From an uncultured Bacteriovoracaceae bacterium (GTDB taxonomy: Bacteria > Bdellovibrionota > Bacteriovoracia > Bacteriovoracales > Bacteriovoracaceae), in NCBI GenBank assembly GCA_964012805.1, contig CAXGUD010000058.1, positions 1-21,151 on the forward strand: a DNA stretch of 21,151 nucleotides, read 5' to 3'. Shown piece after piece: positions 15,805 to 21,151 of the stretch. How positions within the stretch are numbered: the stretch's first letter is position 1; each line of letters opens with the position of its first letter. The notes below the pieces were generated by a model. It saw only the letters and a program-made list of their open reading frames with translations. It did no database searches and had not been told where the DNA came from. The translations under genes and the position numbers were made by a program.

Positions 15805-16575
15805 TTAAGCAGGGTTAGCAGAGTCAATAAAAAAGCACTCTACCTCAGGAAATGTTTCCATTACTTTTTGTTGAAGAGATTGAACTCCAAACTTTTCAGT
15901 CGCATTATGACCACCTGCGAACATGTGAACCCCTGCTTCTTTACTCTCATGCCAATCGTATTCACTAATTTCTCCAGTTATATAAGCATCAAGGTTCTCT
16001 TTTGCTGCAATTTTCCAGTCTGAATTCGCTCCACCAGTTATGATACCGATGCTTTTAATTTCCTGCTCAGGGCCCGGAGAAGCCAAAATAACATCGTGTT
16101 TTAGTACTATTTTTAACACTTCTTGAAGCTCAGAGGCTTTTGATGGGGTAGCAAGGATACCTTTCACACCTGTTGGAGAGCCCTTATAATCTCCAAAGGG
16201 CTCAGTGCTTGTGACACCAATAAGGTTTGCCAGAGACTTTGCATTTCCTATTTCAGGATGAGCGTCCAGAGGAAGGTGGTAGCCAAAAAGGTTTATATGT
16301 TGCTTTGCGATACTTATGACCCTGCGACCAAAGGGGCCTGTTAATGTTTTACTTCCTTGATGGTTCCAAAAGAGGCCATGGTGCACGACAAGTGCATTGG
16401 CCCTCATTTCAATGGCCTTTTCTATAGAGTCAAGTGTAGCACTAACAGCAAATGCGATATTTTTAATGTCTTTCCTACCCTCAATTTGAAGACCGTTTGG
16501 ACAATAGTCTTTAAACTCATTAGGCTTTAGAGCCCTATTAAAAAACTTCTCTAATTCTTTCCTGTCGATCCCCAC
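15805..16575 (-). CDS. Nif3-like dinuclear metal centre hexameric protein (DUF34/YbgI family)
   Basis: DYCPNGLQIEG, VHHGLFW, YHLPLDAHPEIGN, YITGEISE and AGGHNATEKFGV. Start reassigned to GTG 16575 (GGAGG 5 nt upstream). Confidence 0.95.
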   Translation of the reverse strand: MGIDRKELEKFFNRALKPNEFKDYCPNGLQIEGRKDIKNIAFAVSATLDSIEKAIEMRANALVVHHGLFWNHQGSKTLTGPFGRRVISIAKQHINLFGYHLPLDAHPEIGNAKSLANLIGVTSTEPFGDYKGSPTGVKGILATPSKASELQEVLKIVLKHDVILASPGPEQEIKSIGIITGGANSDWKIAAKENLDAYITGEISEYDWHESKEAGVHMFAGGHNATEKFGVQSLQQKVMETFPEVECFFIDSANPA

Positions 16576-16646
16576 AAGAGCCTCCAAAAAAAATCTTTTC
16601 AAAAAAGGTACCATGAGGCAACTTGATTGGCGAGAAGGAGAAGCTA

Positions 16647-17048
16647 ATGGGAAAGGTTTTTGAGTACTCGGTCATTGTTCGTGAACATAATTTGGATACT
16701 TTAGGTCATTTAAATAATGCATCCTATCTTCAACTATTTGAGGAAGCTAGGTGGGATTTCTCAAATAAGGGAGGTTTTGGGTTGGACTGGGTTTTATCCA
16801 ATAAACAAAGCCCTATTGTTTTAAAGGCTGAAATGTCTTTTAGAAAAGAAGTTTTAAACAGAGAAGCTTTGTTGATAAAAAGTGAATTTGAAGGCTTTAA
16901 AAATAGTTTGATAGGTTCTTTCAAGCAAAAAATGATTAAGAGTAATAAAAAAGTTGCATCTATTTTGAGCATTGATGTAGGTTTCATGGATCTTAAAGAA
17001 AGAAAATTGATGAATTTTCCAAAAAATTGGGTTTATATGGTTGAGTAA
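16647..17048 (+). CDS. Acyl-CoA thioesterase (4HBT/YbgC/FadM hotdog fold)
   Basis: LDTLGHLNNASYLQLFEEARW motif. ATG 16647 is preceded by AAGGAG. Confidence 0.9.
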   Translation: MGKVFEYSVIVREHNLDTLGHLNNASYLQLFEEARWDFSNKGGFGLDWVLSNKQSPIVLKAEMSFRKEVLNREALLIKSEFEGFKNSLIGSFKQKMIKSNKKVASILSIDVGFMDLKERKLMNFPKNWVYMVE

Positions 17049-17728
17049 TGAAAATAGGCTTTAATAAACCTGTTATAGATCTCCTGGGCCCGTTCCAAGA
17101 TGACGTCTTTTAATGGTATTTCTTTTTCTTTTACAAAATTAATAAAGAAATTGTAAGTGAGACTATTTTCGTATTGAGGTGTTGATGTTGAAAAGCTTAT
17201 ATGCCACGGTTCTTTTGCCACTCCTCCTAGATCTCTTTTATATGGTAAAAAAAAGTCTGAACTTTTATCTTGCGAGGTAAGCTCACTAATCCATTCATTT
17301 AATTTATAAAACGGCCCTCCTTCTTTATACTCGTCAGGAACTAGCTGAACTTGGTAACCAGGTGGTAAACCATTTTTATCATATATATCAAAGTCCGTGC
17401 CCCAATGATGTCGACTGAAGCCTGGTAGGGCAGACCAGCGGAGTATTGATTCGAGAAGCTCTGAAGGTGTTAGGTCCTTAGGGTTTTTTGCTTCACCGTG
17501 ATCATCTAGAATGGGTCTGGTACCATTCATTTTTTTTTCTATTATGCCCTTTTGAGCTTCAAAGCTTCTAAACCCACTAAGAATGACTAGTTCTATACCA
17601 TTTGATTGGCTTAATTCTTTGAGATGTTGCAGCTTGGGAAGGACATCTTTATGAATATAAGTATTATCTTCTTCACTCCAAATGAGGTGTTTTGTTGTCT
17701 GTCCAGTTATTTCCTCTTTTAGATTCAT
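17033..17728 (-). CDS. M15 family (VanY-like) Zn D-Ala-D-Ala carboxypeptidase
   Basis: SGFRSFEAQ, WSALPGFSRHHWGTDFD (SxHxxGxxxD) and EPWHIS (ExxH). No signal peptide. Start is ATG 17728 or GTG 17743. Confidence 0.9.
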   Translation of the reverse strand: MNLKEEITGQTTKHLIWSEEDNTYIHKDVLPKLQHLKELSQSNGIELVILSGFRSFEAQKGIIEKKMNGTRPILDDHGEAKNPKDLTPSELLESILRWSALPGFSRHHWGTDFDIYDKNGLPPGYQVQLVPDEYKEGGPFYKLNEWISELTSQDKSSDFFLPYKRDLGGVAKEPWHISFSTSTPQYENSLTYNFFINFVKEKEIPLKDVILERAQEIYNRFIKAYFHYSTI

Positions 17729-17762
17729 AGGTCTCACAGGCACTTAGTATGAATGTTTAATT

Positions 17763-20204
17763 TCATTCGTCTCCAAAAAGACGTGGTAATCCAGATAAGT
17801 TATATCGATTTGTAATAACTTTCCAGATTGAAACGTCTTCTCTTTTTACAATTTGCTCCCTATCAATCTTATACTTTTTATCTAGAAAATCGTCTACAAT
17901 TTTTGGTTTGACGGTCGACTCTGCACCAAGGTCAAAGTTGAGCTCTTCAACTACCTCACCCTTTGTCACCGAATTTGGTTTAAGTGAGGCTGTACTCGAT
18001 ACACCTGTTTTTTTCGACATTTTTTTTAGGACTCCAGCGGCAGGTCCTTTAATGGGTTTAAGTCCGCCCGAAGGAATCGAGGCCATACTTTTTGCCATGG
18101 ATATAACGTTTGGAGAAACACTAGCTTTAAGGAATTTTTTTGTATAATCGTTGCTAACAGGAATTGGTGATTGTCCTTTCTTTTTTAGGTTCTTATTTAT
18201 CTTTTTTAGCAGCTTCCCAGCTCCTGTTTTAAAACGAGCTGCGGCCCTAATAAAGTCAGAACTATTTAGTTGACCCGTGGTCAAGTTTCCTTGGTTCAGT
18301 GAATTTGATGATTGAATTAACTGTGAAGCGACAGCACTTTGTCCTAAAGGTCCATACCCTTGGATATAGGGATTAACTTTATAGCAAGCATTATTACCAG
18401 TTTTTTGATCCTTATATTTTTTGCACCTGCAATTAGGATCAAATCTTTGGTTAATAGTTACACAAGCTTGCTGGATTTCAGTTTTAGAAAGTCTTCTGTA
18501 GACAGTAGCTTCTATAAACGGGTTACGGTTATTCATTTTCCACAAAGAGATACAAGTTTCACTTTTATTTCTATTTTGATTTTTTTTACCTTCCGGTGTG
18601 TAGCAATAGCATCTCGCGTTTCCAATATTGTCTCTACCTTCCGCGCAATGGCCTTCCATTCCTTCTTTGAATTTAACAATAATTGTATCCATATGTTCTA
18701 CATTTTTTTCAGCTTGCTTTTCCTGCATGCTAGAGTGGATTGCAAGGTAGGAGGAAAGGCTTCCTGCAATTCCTGCAAAAACTGCAATAACTCTGCTGTC
18801 TGCCAGAAATTTAATTTTTTGCTTAATTGTTTTAATAGAGTTTTGAATCTTTGAAGGGAGCGCTTTTGTTCCAGCTTTTGCAGAGGTCGCTGCTTTACTG
18901 ACTCCAGATTTAATGGCCGTTCCAGCCTTACTCACCCCAGATTTAATGGCCGTTCCAGCCTTGCTCACCCCAGAAGCAATACCTTCACCAGCGGCCTGGG
19001 CCATACCCGCTGCTTGATAGCCTCCCATTTTAATAGCTTCGCCTATAGGAGCTGCAGCACCAAGCGCATGGGCATTTGGAAATATCTGGCTTTCAATCCA
19101 TTTTCCACCTTGAAGTGCAAAAAGAAGACCTTCTTTAAATATGCTTTTTTGATCCTGATTGAGGTCTTTTAAAAAGTCGTCCTTAATCATTTGATTATAG
19201 GACTGGAGAGTGGGGGAGCTCTTTTTTCCTTCTCTAAATGATTCAGCTTCTTTGGCCAGGAAAAATGAATTGATTAAGGAGTCTTCTTCTTGAATCAGTG
19301 AAATCGTTTCTTTAGGAAATAAGGTATCTTTGAGGAACTTTGTTGAAGGTACTGTTTCCAAATTATTAAATGCACCTTCTTCTACTGAGGGCGCTCCACC
19401 GACGCATGGAGTACCGTAAGGTGTAAGTTCCCAAATAGCCGCTAGTAATGCTGCTCCATAAAGTCCAGCAACTATGCTGTAAGCAACTTTTTTCTTTTTT
19501 GCAACAGACTTGATTGTTTCCTGTTCTTCTTTTAAGAACTCAAGTGCTTTAAGTTGAGCTTCATAGGCCTTTTCTTCATCATTTACTGTTTCTGAAAAAG
19601 CTTCTCTCAGGTCTCTTAATTCCTTTTCAGCATAAAAATAGTTATAGGCTTCGCTTACAAGATGACCTAATGCTGCTCCTGTCATTATTTTTTTCGATAG
19701 ACATTGTCCACCAGTTTCTTTGGCAGCTAAATTAATTGCAACAAGAGTAAGGGTAGAAACAACTGCTCCAGATGTTCCAAGCCATGATACTGGATTTTCT
19801 TCCTTCATATCACCGACTTGTTCTTTTCTAAGTTTTTCTAGACAAGAATTCCTTTCAGTAAGATCAGTTATTTTTTCGCATTCTAGAAACTTCTGCCTAA
19901 TTTCTACGCTTTCTTGTTTATCCATGCATCTATTTAATGATTCATTCCATATTTTTGTGCTACTTTCTAGGCATTCACTTTTTTGTTCGTCCAGAGTTTT
20001 AATTGCAGTATTTGTTGTTGAATAAGGGTTCGTGATAGTTTGGCCGTCATAGGTTTGACTACCCGTCCCTGTATTGGTTGGGGTATTTGGGTCATATTCT
20101 TGTGAGTATGAAATATTTATTGGTGTTGATAACCAGATAAGTTGAAAAGATAACAAAAATACTTTTATATTGTACAATGATCTTGAAATTATTTTTTGTC
20201 CCAT
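17763..20204 (-). CDS. Large hypothetical exported/membrane protein (Cys-rich, several hydrophobic helices, coiled coils)
   Basis: 813-aa ORF with a signal-peptide-like N-terminus (VFLLSFQLIWLSTPINISYS-QE), 14 Cys, 3-4 Gly/Ala-rich hydrophobic segments and an internal 11-aa repeat. Confidence 0.85.
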   Translation of the reverse strand: MGQKIISRSLYNIKVFLLSFQLIWLSTPINISYSQEYDPNTPTNTGTGSQTYDGQTITNPYSTTNTAIKTLDEQKSECLESSTKIWNESLNRCMDKQESVEIRQKFLECEKITDLTERNSCLEKLRKEQVGDMKEENPVSWLGTSGAVVSTLTLVAINLAAKETGGQCLSKKIMTGAALGHLVSEAYNYFYAEKELRDLREAFSETVNDEEKAYEAQLKALEFLKEEQETIKSVAKKKKVAYSIVAGLYGAALLAAIWELTPYGTPCVGGAPSVEEGAFNNLETVPSTKFLKDTLFPKETISLIQEEDSLINSFFLAKEAESFREGKKSSPTLQSYNQMIKDDFLKDLNQDQKSIFKEGLLFALQGGKWIESQIFPNAHALGAAAPIGEAIKMGGYQAAGMAQAAGEGIASGVSKAGTAIKSGVSKAGTAIKSGVSKAATSAKAGTKALPSKIQNSIKTIKQKIKFLADSRVIAVFAGIAGSLSSYLAIHSSMQEKQAEKNVEHMDTIIVKFKEGMEGHCAEGRDNIGNARCYCYTPEGKKNQNRNKSETCISLWKMNNRNPFIEATVYRRLSKTEIQQACVTINQRFDPNCRCKKYKDQKTGNNACYKVNPYIQGYGPLGQSAVASQLIQSSNSLNQGNLTTGQLNSSDFIRAAARFKTGAGKLLKKINKNLKKKGQSPIPVSNDYTKKFLKASVSPNVISMAKSMASIPSGGLKPIKGPAAGVLKKMSKKTGVSSTASLKPNSVTKGEVVEELNFDLGAESTVKPKIVDDFLDKKYKIDREQIVKREDVSIWKVITNRYNLSGLPRLFGDE
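18904..18974. repeat. 33-nt coding tandem repeat (2 near-identical copies plus a partial) encoding SGVSKAGTAIK
   Basis: CCAGATTTAATGGCCGTTCCAGCCTT(A/G)CTCACC at 18904-18936 and 18937-18969 (1 mismatch), then CCAGA. Confidence 0.95.
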
Positions 20205-20383
20205 CTGAAAACCTAGATATTTGAAGCAGTTCTTTCATTATTCCTGTTCTCCTTATTATACATTCAGGTTCGTTAATACGGGCAGATTTTGCCTAAGTTA
20301 TTAAGATTTGGATTTATACTTAATGATCAAATTAACAAATTAATGAGTCATTTTAAAAAAGCCAATTTAAATAGGAAGAAAAT

Positions 20384-21136
20384 ATGGATCAAAAGGACCT
20401 TTTTGAAAGAGCTTATAAGGAAATAGGTCAAATATTTAAGCCATCACCATCTCTAGTTGATTTTTATCTAAATAGGGTTAAAAAATATATTGAGTTTGTC
20501 CCTGATAAAAAAGTTAAAGTTTTAGAAGTTGGATCGGGCTTAGGGAGTCTATTTCAAGATGAATTTTTAATTGAAGAAGAGAGAAATTATTTATCGATAT
20601 TAGGAGTTGATTTTTCTTTTAGTGCAATATCAGAAGCAGAGAAAAGGTGGAACAACCTTTTAAATAGAAATAAATCTATACTTAAAAAAATAGATATTAA
20701 GTTTTTAATGAGAAATATTCTTGATAAATTTAAATATGATGAGCCCTATGATTTGATAATAGATTCTCATTGCTTACACTGTCTTAACGGTATTCATGAA
20801 CAAAAGAAGGCCTTAAATAATATGGTTTCTAGTTTAAAACCTGGAGGTATTCTTGCTATTGAGATGATGATTTACCATCAAAAGATATCTTTTTCTCATC
20901 CATATTACTTTGATAGAAATACTTCGAAACTCTTTAAAGAAGATTGTTGGGGAAGTTTAATTCCATACAGAACAATTCCTAAATCTTTAGTTGTGGAAAA
21001 CATGATTTTAGATGAGGGGTTAAAAATAGAGTATTTTACTATCATGTCTAATCAGAGAATGATTCCTGAAAGTAATAGAGAAATAGTCAAAGAAGGAGAT
21101 CCTCAGTGTTTAAGGATTATTTGTCGGAAAACTTGA
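20384..21136 (+). CDS. Class I SAM-dependent methyltransferase
   Basis: Motif I VLEVGSGLG, GVDFS, YDLIID..CLH and LKPGG. RBS AGGA upstream. Confidence 0.9.
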   Translation: MDQKDLFERAYKEIGQIFKPSPSLVDFYLNRVKKYIEFVPDKKVKVLEVGSGLGSLFQDEFLIEEERNYLSILGVDFSFSAISEAEKRWNNLLNRNKSILKKIDIKFLMRNILDKFKYDEPYDLIIDSHCLHCLNGIHEQKKALNNMVSSLKPGGILAIEMMIYHQKISFSHPYYFDRNTSKLFKEDCWGSLIPYRTIPKSLVVENMILDEGLKIEYFTIMSNQRMIPESNREIVKEGDPQCLRIICRKT

Positions 21137-21151
21137 CCACATCAACAGATA

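Noticed and set aside
15805..16575. Nif3/DUF34 as a GTP cyclohydrolase I type 2 functionally linked to the URC1-like cyclohydrolase
   Set aside because: That annotation of DUF34 is not well supported, and the gene lies about 13 kb away in a separate transcription unit.
15733..16987. ORFs 15733-16023 (+) and 16730-16987 (-)
   Set aside because: Antisense overlaps of the Nif3 and thioesterase genes.
17033..17743. Vancomycin-resistance locus (vanY)
   Set aside because: No vanH/A/X/R/S genes are present, and M15 peptidases of this type are common chromosomal genes in Gram-negative bacteria.
18904..18974. 33-bp repeat as a mini-CRISPR
   Set aside because: The copies are directly adjacent without spacers, in frame within a CDS, and no cas genes are present.
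17908..20025. Plus-strand ORFs 17908-18147, 18360-18854 and 19720-20025
   Set aside because: Antisense shadows of the 813-aa ORF, with no motifs.

Overview
AT-rich bacterial chromosomal window, most likely Bdellovibrionota (Bacteriovoracaceae/Halobacteriovorax-like). That assignment is an inference from gene content and protein style. No rRNA, tRNA, CRISPR or mobile element is visible. From left to right the window holds: the 3' part of a SWIB/MDM2 protein with a histone-H1-like Lys-rich tail; a hypothetical exported protein; a co-directional block of about 9.8 kb with a URC-type (fungal-like) pyrimidine catabolism/salvage cluster (URC1-like GTP cyclohydrolase II homolog, URC4/DUF1688, upp, udk) running into an extended putA, proC and a LysR regulator; msrA; a receptor-less chemosensory pair (CheA with an N-terminal receiver domain and CheW with an extra helical domain) behind a near-consensus sigma-28 promoter; a 43-aa membrane protein behind a second sigma-28-like promoter; a Nif3/DUF34 protein; a hotdog thioesterase; an M15/VanY peptidase; an 813-aa Cys-rich exported membrane protein with an 11-mer repeat; and a SAM methyltransferase. 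The best candidates for novel biology are the URC-udk(-putA-proC) catabolic unit, the REC-CheA/CheW module, and the 813-aa protein.
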